A DNA stretch of 64,000 bases from a virus: positions 32,001 to 96,000 of the IMG/VR virus record IMGVR_UViG_3300035703_000021; one strand, written 5' to 3'. Under the pieces are notes generated by a model that had not been told where the DNA came from, searched no databases, and saw only the letters and a list, made by a program, of their open reading frames with translations. Positions 8,603 through 16,364 of this stretch are shown piece by piece. A program made the position numbers and the translations under genes. Each line of letters opens with the position of its first letter. Position 1 is the first letter of the stretch.

Positions 8603-9100
8603 TTAACCGAATGTGTACTGAAGCCACTCGGGAGAGCCTGAGTCAATAAGATTGAGCAGGAATCTGTTAGTGGGAACAAAAGGCTTTCTAGCGAGCTTCA
8701 TTCCGGTCTGCTCGAGAAGGGTGTCTCCCTTCTTCGTGTTGCACGTTGAGCAGGCTACCACCATATTCTCCCAGGTATCCTGACCTCCTCGGCTTCTGGG
8801 GATCACATGGTCGATGGTCAGGCGCCTTGTCGATCCGCAGTACTGGCACTTGTGCCCGTCTCGCTTGTATATAAGAGTCCGGGATGGTTTGACGGAATTG
8901 ATCTTGGTAAAAGGAATCCTTATGTACTCCACGAGCCGGATGACTTTTGCCGACACCACCGCCGCCTTCTCCTTGAGAAGCAGGATGATTGCTCTCTTCC
9001 AACTCGTGATATGAAGGGGCTCGTAGGACGCGTTGAGGACTAATACTTGTGTATTAGGCCTGATCGCTTTTACGTTTTCCGGTACCATCGCAGACTCCAC
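8603..9100 (-). CDS. HNH endonuclease (McrA-like, cyanobacterial type)
   Basis: VLVLNASYEPL N-terminus; RDGHKCQYCG, TIDHVIPRSRGG, WENMVVACSTCNTKK. Confidence 0.9.
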   Translation of the reverse strand: MESAMVPENVKAIRPNTQVLVLNASYEPLHITSWKRAIILLLKEKAAVVSAKVIRLVEYIRIPFTKINSVKPSRTLIYKRDGHKCQYCGSTRRLTIDHVIPRSRGGQDTWENMVVACSTCNTKKGDTLLEQTGMKLARKPFVPTNRFLLNLIDSGSPEWLQYTFG

Positions 9101-9236
9101 ATTCTATTACTTCGTTAGGTAGTATACGCCCGTCAGGCGTGTTTTTCTCGATAATGAGGAATCCCCTGCCAGCGCAATTCCTACAAGACGATCTGTCAAT
9201 TTTGTCGATGAGACGCTGGCGAGGGATGGGGACCAT
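9054..9236 (-). CDS. Small DnaJ-type zinc-finger protein (60 aa)
   Basis: Two CxxCxGxG motifs (CRNCAGRG, CGVCDGTG); ATG at 9236 just after the upstream stop codon. Confidence 0.6.
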   Translation of the reverse strand: MVPIPRQRLIDKIDRSSCRNCAGRGFLIIEKNTPDGRILPNEVIECGVCDGTGKRKSDQA

Positions 9237-9240
9237 TGGT

Positions 9241-9738
9241 TTAGAACGATGCTGATTCGCAGTTGCCCTGGAGCTCCTCTGCTGGGTTCGCGGTGACGGG
9301 AGCATCACCGTTCACATTGTGATCCGGCCGGACCTGATTGTAGGCTTGTTTCTCCGCGGCGACGCGAGCGAACTCCTCGCCCGTCACCCCACCATAGGCG
9401 AGGACGGCACGATGAAATAGCAGTACGTCATACATCTCAGCGATGAATTCCTTGCGAAGTTCCGCGTTATCCATGAAACTACGCTCGCCGTTCTTCCAGC
9501 TCCGACGAGGGACGTAGACGCGGGCTTCGATCATCTCCTCTCCCATGTGACCGAAGTGCTCGATCATTTTCTGGTAGCGGAAGGAGAGTCCGTCGTCGTG
9601 GCGGGGAAGGCCAAGCTCGACCATCTTGTCGATGGCGACTAGATCATCGGGACCCATTTCGCCGACCTTGGACGCGTACTTCTGCTGTGCACCGAAGCCA
9701 TCATTGATGAATTGCACGTAATCGAAGGAAGCAGTCAT
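9241..9738 (-). CDS. All-alpha dNTP pyrophosphatase (dimeric dUTPase / T4 gp56 dCTPase-like)
   Basis: EEMIE...RRSWK...EFIAEMYDVLLF...EEF...KQAYNQVR, matching the EExxE / WK / ExxD / KxxxNxxR layout. Confidence 0.7.
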   Translation of the reverse strand: MTASFDYVQFINDGFGAQQKYASKVGEMGPDDLVAIDKMVELGLPRHDDGLSFRYQKMIEHFGHMGEEMIEARVYVPRRSWKNGERSFMDNAELRKEFIAEMYDVLLFHRAVLAYGGVTGEEFARVAAEKQAYNQVRPDHNVNGDAPVTANPAEELQGNCESASF

Positions 9739-9767
9739 AGAGCTCTTAGTGAGTAAAGTTTGAATCC

Positions 9768-9796
9768 ATCATATCACAGATGGGGGAGTATGTCAA
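9768..9796 (-). promoter_or_regulatory. Near-consensus sigma70 promoter of the dNTP pyrophosphatase
   Basis: TTGACA-17 bp-TATGAT with TG extension. Confidence 0.7.
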
Positions 9797-11706
9797 CCCT
9801 CGCAGGCCACGCATTCCCCGTAGGTCTTCTCCTTAGATCCGAAGTGCTCCGATAGGTGCTTGTACCCGCCGATGTACCGGTCATTAAGCCAGATCTGGGG
9901 CACCGTTTTCCAGTGCCATTCGGAGTCGGGAACGTCGGCTCTGTCAGTCTCGTTGATCGTCCAGCCCTGGCTCTTGAGCAGGGATTTAGCCATGGAGCAG
10001 TAGGGGCACTCCTGCTTGGTGATGATCCTGGCGATCTTCTGCTGTCCCAACGGTCTCTTCTTAACAAGCAGAGACGAGCTCTTCAGGTAATAGAGGGACT
10101 TAAGCCCAGCTTTCCAGGCGCTCAGGTGGAGCTTGAAGAGGTACTCGGGTGTGGATTCTGGGTCGACGAAGAGGTTGATGGATTGGCCCTGGCAGACGTA
10201 CTTCTGGCGGTCAGCGGCTTGCCTGATAATCTCGAACTGGTCGATCTCGCGGGCGGTCTTGAATACCTCCTTGGTATGAGGATCAAGAAACTCGAGGTGC
10301 TGAACCGACCCTCTGAACTCTAGAATCGCCTCCCAGGTCTCCTCGGTGTTGCGGCCGATCCGCTCTAGGTGCTCCACCAGGTACCTGTTCTTGCGAACAA
10401 AGGTCCCCTTGGCCTGCCTAGCAACGTAGTAGTTAGCGTCGATAGGCTCGATGCCTTCGCTCCCCGCTCCGCAGATGGCGGAGTTGGACTTGGTTGGGGC
10501 GATGGCCATGAGATGGGTGTGGCGAAGGCCGGTACCCTGGCACCACTCGGGCTCGCCGTAAGCGGCAGCCATCTCACGCGAGGCCTTCTGCGCCTTCTCC
10601 TTGATGAACCTGTGCATGTCGGTGTTGAGCTGGCGAGCCTCGTCGGAGGCGAATGGGAGCCCCTTCGACTGGTAGAGGGCGTGAAGGCCCATGGTACCCA
10701 GGCCGAGTGCCCTGGACTTGCGGGCGAAACGTACGGCTCTGCCTAGGGAGGTGATGCGATCGGCCTTGTGGCAGAACTCCTCGACAACCGCGTCGAGAAG
10801 GTACACCGCTAGCTCAGGGGCAGTCTTGCCAGTTGCAGGACCTTTCCAGTCCTTCCACTCCTCCCAGCGGGAGAGATTGAGCGATGAGAGAACGCAGACG
10901 AAGGTGTGGTTCTCGTCGGTGTGAAGGAAGATCTCGGAGCAGAGATTGCTTAGCTTAACGCTAAGCCCGCGCTGAAGGTAGCACTCTGGATTGGCTTTGT
11001 TGGCGTTGTCGGTGAAGATGATGTAGGGAGACCCTGACACCAGGCGGGCCTTAAGCACCTCGCCGAACAACTTCTGCTTCTCCCGGTCTCCGGCTAGCAG
11101 CTCCTCCACCCACTCGTTGGAGACGGTGATGGCTATGTTGCTGTCGATGAAGTCACGAGGGTCACCCTGCGAGTGGTCCTTGGAGCGAAGCACTTCAGGC
11201 AGGTCCGGGTGGTCGATAGGGAGATATAGGGCAAAACTGCCCCGCCTCACCCCACCCTGGGAGACTACCGCGGCGCACTGATCGAACTGCCTCATCCAGG
11301 GCACCACTCCGGTGCTCTTGCCCCCGCTCGAGATGGGAGCCCCGGCCGGGCGGATGTCCCCGAAGTAAGTCCCCACTCCGCCGCCATGCTGCGAGAGCGC
11401 AGCCGACTCCTTGAGGTGGGAGTAGATGGAAGGAACGGAGTCGGAGATGTGGTTCGAGTAGCAGCTGATTGGCAGGCCGCGTGACGTGCCGAAGTTGCTG
11501 GCCACCGGCGTCGCTAAACCGAGAAACCCGCGCCACAGCATCTCGAAGATGTCCCCGGAGAGTTCGGGGTAGTTGAGTAGCTTGGCGGCCTGATTGGCCA
11601 CCCGCTCGTACATACCCCTAGGCGTCTCGCCCTGATAGAGATAACCCCTTGAGAGGGTGTCGATGGCTTCTTTTGACATCCACGAGGGGACTTGGGGTTC
11701 GGACAT
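9793..11706 (-). CDS. nrdA: Class I ribonucleotide reductase alpha subunit with fused glutaredoxin domain
   Basis: PISC, SNLCSEI, AIAPT, QGQSINL and SLYY motifs; then CPYC...TVPQIW (glutaredoxin) and a terminal CVACEG. Confidence 0.95.
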   Translation of the reverse strand: MSEPQVPSWMSKEAIDTLSRGYLYQGETPRGMYERVANQAAKLLNYPELSGDIFEMLWRGFLGLATPVASNFGTSRGLPISCYSNHISDSVPSIYSHLKESAALSQHGGGVGTYFGDIRPAGAPISSGGKSTGVVPWMRQFDQCAAVVSQGGVRRGSFALYLPIDHPDLPEVLRSKDHSQGDPRDFIDSNIAITVSNEWVEELLAGDREKQKLFGEVLKARLVSGSPYIIFTDNANKANPECYLQRGLSVKLSNLCSEIFLHTDENHTFVCVLSSLNLSRWEEWKDWKGPATGKTAPELAVYLLDAVVEEFCHKADRITSLGRAVRFARKSRALGLGTMGLHALYQSKGLPFASDEARQLNTDMHRFIKEKAQKASREMAAAYGEPEWCQGTGLRHTHLMAIAPTKSNSAICGAGSEGIEPIDANYYVARQAKGTFVRKNRYLVEHLERIGRNTEETWEAILEFRGSVQHLEFLDPHTKEVFKTAREIDQFEIIRQAADRQKYVCQGQSINLFVDPESTPEYLFKLHLSAWKAGLKSLYYLKSSSLLVKKRPLGQQKIARIITKQECPYCSMAKSLLKSQGWTINETDRADVPDSEWHWKTVPQIWLNDRYIGGYKHLSEHFGSKEKTYGECVACEG

Positions 11707-11727
11707 AGCGATTTGATGGGGTTCTAT

Positions 11728-11736
11728 ATTATAACA
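11728..11736 (-). promoter_or_regulatory. Extended -10 promoter of nrdA
   Basis: TGTTATAAT about 22 nt upstream of the ATG. Confidence 0.6.
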
Positions 11737-11752
11737 AGGTTAAGGCGACATA

Positions 11753-11789
11753 GTCGCTAAGTTAGTAAATAGTTTACTAACCGAGCGAC
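11753..11789. repeat. Intergenic inverted repeat
   Basis: GTCGCT-AA-GTTAGTAAA-TAG-TTTACTAAC-CG-AGCGAC. Confidence 0.7.
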
Positions 11790-11796
11790 CACGCTA

Positions 11797-12198
11797 CTAT
11801 TTTTTCTTTTTGATCAGCCCGTCATCGTGGGCCTGCTGTACGTTCTCTGAGCGCGTACCCCACTCCAGATTGGAGATGGCGTTGTTGGTTCCGTCGTTGT
11901 CCTTGTGGAGGATGACGATGTGCTCGCCCTTGGGCTTGGGAGGGCCGAATAGCTCCATCACCATCTGGTGCAGGGGCGGCTCCTCGCGTTTGCCATTCCA
12001 AGTGAGGTTGACGCGCTGGTGTTTGCGATCGTCGTCGCGGGGCTTGCGGTTCTCGCTGTCGCCTTTACGACGCACTTTGCCACTACTACTCACCTCGTAG
12101 GGAGAGTCCTTCCACTGCTTCCAGGTTTCCTTGGAGTCGGAAAAGCTCCGGCCACCCTGATCCCTTCCTTTGACCTTCCAGCCCTCGGGTACGTTCAT
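11797..12198 (-). CDS. NUMOD4-HNH homing-endonuclease-like protein between nrdB and nrdA
   Basis: YEVSSSGKVR, LHQMVMELF, ILHKDNDGTNNAISNLEWGTRSEN; start is ATG 12198 or GTG 12213. Confidence 0.85.
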   Translation of the reverse strand: MNVPEGWKVKGRDQGGRSFSDSKETWKQWKDSPYEVSSSGKVRRKGDSENRKPRDDDRKHQRVNLTWNGKREEPPLHQMVMELFGPPKPKGEHIVILHKDNDGTNNAISNLEWGTRSENVQQAHDDGLIKKKK

Positions 12199-12200
12199 GC

Positions 12201-12362
12201 TCAGATCGTCCACGCGTCGGTGATCTTCTTCTTATCCTGAAGAGCTCTCTTGTGAGCTTCGGCTAGAAGCCTATCGGCCTTGGGGTCCGTGATCAGGTAC
12301 GATGTCCCGTAGGTCTGGGACATGTACTTTTTGTCAGTGTCTGGGATCGGGTGAATTGCCAT
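12201..12362 (-). CDS. Small hypothetical protein (53 aa, MAIHPIPDTDKKYMSQTYG...)
   Basis: Hand-translated; fills the gap within the operon. Confidence 0.6.
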   Translation of the reverse strand: MAIHPIPDTDKKYMSQTYGTSYLITDPKADRLLAEAHKRALQDKKKITDAWTI

Positions 12363-12501
12363 TGGAGAGTTGTTTTTCGCGATGCTTGTTAATCAGGTAG
12401 AAGTCGTGGGCTGTTTCTCCATCCTCAAAGATCTTGGGGCCGTGGGAAGTCTCCACAAGCCACCTTCCGTTTTGAATGCTGATCGGTTTTGAAATGGACA
12501 C
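12334..12501 (-). CDS. Small hypothetical protein (55 aa)
   Basis: GTG start preceded by AGGAGG RBS; hand-translated. Confidence 0.55.
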   Translation of the reverse strand: MSISKPISIQNGRWLVETSHGPKIFEDGETAHDFYLINKHREKQLSNGNSPDPRH

Positions 12502-12516
12502 GGGTCCTCCTTGCGA

Positions 12517-13527
12517 TTAAGCGTAGGAGAGGCAAGACTCTAAATCCAAAGTTGAAAGATCCACACTCATATAATCCTGAGTGGGCTTGGCTACGTAATT
12601 GTCACCAGATTTGCTTTGAGCGAAGAAATCAGAGCTACTTGCCCCTTTGATCATAGGGTCAAACCAAGCGCTGATGGACTTTGCCCGTGAGAGCTCCTCG
12701 GTGGACAGATGGAAGATCTGCTGAAGCCCGAGCGTGATAAGCCGTTCATTAGCGCGGTTGGTTATGTAAGCTTTCAACTCGTCAGCGTCAATCGAGCTAA
12801 TATATGCAGAGTTAAAAATGTGGTCAATAAAAGCGAACTCCTTGCCCACCACAAGGCGGAAGCCCTCGTAGATCGCTTGCTCCTCGGCCTCAGTAAGCCC
12901 CGTCTCCTCGACAAGGCGGCGGAAAAGCCCGCACCCAGCTTCCGAGTGAGTCTGCTCGTCGATTGACGACCACGAGATGATCTGCGCGAGGCCTTTGTAA
13001 CGTCCATCTCTGTTAAAGCTTAGTAGTACTGCGAAGGAGCTGAATAGCGACACGCCCTCTCCGGCGCCCGAGAACACCGCGAGGGAGACTTTGTCCTGGT
13101 ACTTCTGGAAGAAGGTATCGATCTTGGAGCAGGCGACAGGGTCATTGATGAACTCCTCGTACTCCTTCAGGCCGAGGACATCATTCAGGTAGGAGTAAGC
13201 CGCGGCGTGGATCGTCTCGAAGAACGAGAAGGCGCGGGCCATGGCTTGGATCTCGGGCTTGGGGAAGATCCTGCAGACCTCATCCGCCCAGTAACAACCA
13301 ATCCCCAGCTCAGCGCTTACAAAGCCCTTTAGAATCCCGGCTATAACCGCTCTTTCGTCCGGTGTTGAGTTGAATTGCCAGTCGCGAAGATCTCCCTCCA
13401 TGGCAACCTCCTGGTGGCGCCATACGCTGGCCACGGTGCGCTCGTAGTAATCGTAGAACTCCGGAAAGTCGAATCCGTCGTCCTTCTTGAAGATCATTCT
13501 GTTGTGCTCGAGAATGCTGTTGCTCAT
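12517..13527 (-). CDS. nrdB: Ribonucleotide reductase beta subunit
   Basis: W...E, ETIHAAAY, EGVSLFSSF, DEQTH di-iron ligands; SDFF near the C-terminus. Confidence 0.95.
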   Translation of the reverse strand: MSNSILEHNRMIFKKDDGFDFPEFYDYYERTVASVWRHQEVAMEGDLRDWQFNSTPDERAVIAGILKGFVSAELGIGCYWADEVCRIFPKPEIQAMARAFSFFETIHAAAYSYLNDVLGLKEYEEFINDPVACSKIDTFFQKYQDKVSLAVFSGAGEGVSLFSSFAVLLSFNRDGRYKGLAQIISWSSIDEQTHSEAGCGLFRRLVEETGLTEAEEQAIYEGFRLVVGKEFAFIDHIFNSAYISSIDADELKAYITNRANERLITLGLQQIFHLSTEELSRAKSISAWFDPMIKGASSSDFFAQSKSGDNYVAKPTQDYMSVDLSTLDLESCLSYA

Positions 13528-14261
13528 CTGTTTTCGTGGATTGTGAGATTATGGTTATCGCAGTCGAAGACGCCGAGTGTTCCGTCTGTAGCTTCTCCGC
13601 CTGGGTCGTTAACTACGCAATTATCCTCTACGAGTACTCTGGCCCAGTGGCCGGAGCAGAGAACGTCGGAGCCGGTAGCTCCCCAGCGTTGAGGATTCCT
13701 CCAGAACCCCGTTCTCTTTGTGATCTTGCGTCCCTGCCAGAGCCAGGACGATTTTCTTCCTCTCAGTGTCAGATCCAGCTCCTCGGGAGTAACGTCTCCC
13801 TCGGAGTATTTTGCTTCGATGTCCTTCTGGTAGAAGGCGTGGGCGATCTTATATGTCTTTCCGTTACCGGAGTTATAGGTGTAAGTAAGAGGCCTTGAAT
13901 CCAACCACAGGATCATTTCGTCCCGAGTAGGTCCGTCCAAAGTCTCGATTTCGTTAATTGTATCCTTAAATCCCACGATACTCTTTCGAACATCGCGACG
14001 CTTAAGGTAGTAGTCGGTTAGGTTCTGAGCGTGATTGGAATGGAGGAGGGTGGCGTAACCCTCGTCGCAGAGCTGGCGAACCAGCTTGTACACCTTAATA
14101 AACGAGCAGTTTGGCCTGTAGAGCTTATCCCTGCAGTCGGACAGATCACCCAGAAAGACGATATGGGCTCCGGAGTTGAGCGGCTTAGAGAGCCGGTCGG
14201 TCAGGCGGAGGAGCGCGTCGTCCCTGGAGTGGACGTCGGAGACAAGCAGAACGTTGGACAA
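13524..14261 (-). CDS. Calcineurin-like metallophosphoesterase
   Basis: SDVH, FLGDLSD, SNH, AHA and SGHW motifs. Confidence 0.85.
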   Translation of the reverse strand: MSNVLLVSDVHSRDDALLRLTDRLSKPLNSGAHIVFLGDLSDCRDKLYRPNCSFIKVYKLVRQLCDEGYATLLHSNHAQNLTDYYLKRRDVRKSIVGFKDTINEIETLDGPTRDEMILWLDSRPLTYTYNSGNGKTYKIAHAFYQKDIEAKYSEGDVTPEELDLTLRGRKSSWLWQGRKITKRTGFWRNPQRWGATGSDVLCSGHWARVLVEDNCVVNDPGGEATDGTLGVFDCDNHNLTIHENR

Positions 14262-14324
14262 GGGAGCATCGGGCCTAGTACTCTCATTCTATCATGAGCT
14301 GGTCTTTACGGCCGAAGGCCGTGG

Positions 14325-14879
14325 TCACATGTGCTGCTGGCTGGCCGTGGACTTGACTACGATCTCCGTCTCCGGATACGTGTAGTGCATCTGGTCGGAG
14401 ACCGACTCCGGGAGTGTAGCGTTGAGGACCTTGTAGGCCATCTCCAGAGCCTCGGAGCGGGTGCGCTTTCTTGGGCTTCTGTACTCCTCGGACGTGCTTT
14501 TCACCTTGGGGATCACTGAGTAGAAGTACTCCTCGTCGGGGTGAGTGACTAGGAAGTAAGCGCGTCTGTGCTGAACGCCCTGCTCCACGACAATCTCACC
14601 CGGCTCAACGTGGAGCTGGCCGACATCGTAGCCGGGCTTGCCCTTGGGATTCATGTCCTTATCGTGAGGGCCTTCGTACGAAGGCTTCTCCCCACCGTCG
14701 ACCTTGGCCGCGCCGAAGGCACCCTCGGGATCGACGTACTGAGAGTGGTAGTCGTCCTCACCGGACTGCGGGCCGGGTTTCACCAGCTCGAGGTTCTTCT
14801 CTGTTTTTCCTGTGTCGGAGCCAGGCTCGGCGTAGGAGGCGATCTCCCAGCCCTCCGGAACGACTAACTCATGATCCAT
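14325..14879 (-). CDS. Hypothetical protein with N-terminal VPEGW motif
   Basis: MDHELVVPEGWEIASYAE...; GTTTAAAG motif at 14903-14910. Confidence 0.7.
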   Translation of the reverse strand: MDHELVVPEGWEIASYAEPGSDTGKTEKNLELVKPGPQSGEDDYHSQYVDPEGAFGAAKVDGGEKPSYEGPHDKDMNPKGKPGYDVGQLHVEPGEIVVEQGVQHRRAYFLVTHPDEEYFYSVIPKVKSTSEEYRSPRKRTRSEALEMAYKVLNATLPESVSDQMHYTYPETEIVVKSTASQQHM

Positions 14880-14912
14880 GGGTGTACGCGGTCTGTATGA
14901 GTCTTTAAACCC

Positions 14913-14944
14913 AAAAGAAAAAGCCCCGAGGAATCCTCGGAGCT
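14913..14944 (-). terminator. Intrinsic terminator
   Basis: AGCTCCGAGG-ATT-CCTCGGGGCT followed by TTTTCTTTT. Confidence 0.75.
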
Positions 14945-14984
14945 CCTTCGTTACTGATTCGAAGTTGGATCAGAAGTCTAGACC

Positions 14985-15923
14985 TTAAAAATCAAGGTTG
15001 AGATCGTTTTCGCCGGTCTCCTGGCGGGACAGAAGCAGAGTCGAGCGGATACGAATCTTGCCATCGGGAAGCTCCTCCTTGGAGCGCAGAGTCAGAGTCG
15101 CGGGCTTCTCGCGGTTGATCTCCGGCTTAGTGGAAAGCAGCGGGCGGATGGAGCTGTGGGCCCATGCGCCGGCGACTTGCCCTTCCTCGGGATAGTTGGC
15201 GATCATGATCCGGTACGTAAGCCCGTAGGAGGTCTTACACGGGTAGTAGTTGATCACCTCGTAGGGGAAGTTTACTTCGAGCTCGCGGAAGTCGACTTCG
15301 CTATCGGCTTCGATGCGAGGACCGCTGGAGCCCGTCCCCTTGGCGGCTACCTTCTGGATCAGAGAGACCACATCCTCGGGCTTCTTCTTGAGAAGGGCGT
15401 TCAGAGCTTTAGGCTCGGTAGGATTCTCCCAGTCGCTGAAACGAACTGCCACTGGAAGAACCAATTGGCCACTCTCAGTATCAACGCTTACGAACAGAGC
15501 GGGATCTTCGCCACGACCCGAGAAGTTATACGAGCCGAATTCAGCTTCGATCTCGGTGCCGTCGGCCTTCACAAAACCACCCTTAACGACGTTCAGGGCG
15601 ATGTAACGTGGCCCCCACTGGATGTAGAGTTGGCCATCGGAGGTGCCTTCGACTCCTTCAACGCCGGACTTCAGCACGGGGCCGAAGAGACGGAAGTAGA
15701 TGCCGTCGCGGGACTTGATGAGGAAGGTGTTCTCGTCGAGGGGAAGCTCCTCCCCGGTCAGGAACTGGAACACGGTATCGAGGTCCTTACGCAGGCCTTT
15801 AGGCAGGTTGGCGTTAGGAAGCGAGGTGTATTCCGAGGTGTATTCACGGCCACTGAGAGGGGCGAGTTGCGGAGCGTTGGTGCTCAGGTCAATGGTCGTG
15901 ACGGAAAAAGTTGCTGCGGACAT
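14985..15923 (-). CDS. Hypothetical protein, possibly ssDNA-binding
   Basis: Beta-rich, acidic/aromatic C-terminus (ENDLNLDF); own TGGTATAAT promoter (15986-15994) and terminator. Function is inference only. Confidence 0.45.
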   Translation of the reverse strand: MSAATFSVTTIDLSTNAPQLAPLSGREYTSEYTSLPNANLPKGLRKDLDTVFQFLTGEELPLDENTFLIKSRDGIYFRLFGPVLKSGVEGVEGTSDGQLYIQWGPRYIALNVVKGGFVKADGTEIEAEFGSYNFSGRGEDPALFVSVDTESGQLVLPVAVRFSDWENPTEPKALNALLKKKPEDVVSLIQKVAAKGTGSSGPRIEADSEVDFRELEVNFPYEVINYYPCKTSYGLTYRIMIANYPEEGQVAGAWAHSSIRPLLSTKPEINREKPATLTLRSKEELPDGKIRIRSTLLLSRQETGENDLNLDF

Positions 15924-16025
15924 TTGAAAAGTTCTCTTAGTAGGTGTCTCTTTGGAGCGAAAGATCTCTCTTTGACTCTCTGTATATTATACCACACAAG
16001 CTCCCACGTGTGGGGTGGTGGTATG

Positions 16026-16346
16026 TCAGTCTTTAAACTGGCTATCGTCGGATTGGAGGGTGGCGAGGTAGGTCTGGGCCTCGAGCCTGATGTCGTAGAG
16101 CTGGGAGGATAGCGGGTTGAGTGGGCAGAGCGGCGGGACGTAGAGGACGAGCCACTCCCCCCACCACACCTGCCTCTCGAACGGGCACTTAGATGGAATC
16201 GAATCTACCCACTTCTGAGCCAGTTCTGGAGTCCATGATTTAGGCCTCAGCGCGGGCACGTAGAGTCGCGGAAGATTCTCAAGCAGTATACCCCACCACC
16301 ACGGCGCTCTCGCTCTTCTTCCGGCTGAGGATCGTGTAGTCAGCAT
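16026..16346 (-). CDS. Mo-dependent nitrogenase C-terminal-domain-like protein (cyanobacterial family)
   Basis: IPSKCPFER...VPPLCPLNPL...LRxxAxxYLA-type signature. Confidence 0.75.
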   Translation of the reverse strand: MLTTRSSAGRRARAPWWWGILLENLPRLYVPALRPKSWTPELAQKWVDSIPSKCPFERQVWWGEWLVLYVPPLCPLNPLSSQLYDIRLEAQTYLATLQSDDSQFKD

Positions 16347-16364
16347 GGATCTGTACGGGCCTAT

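Noticed and set aside
11707-11760. NrdR box upstream of nrdA
   Set aside because: No convincing match to the acaCwAtATaTwGtg palindrome.
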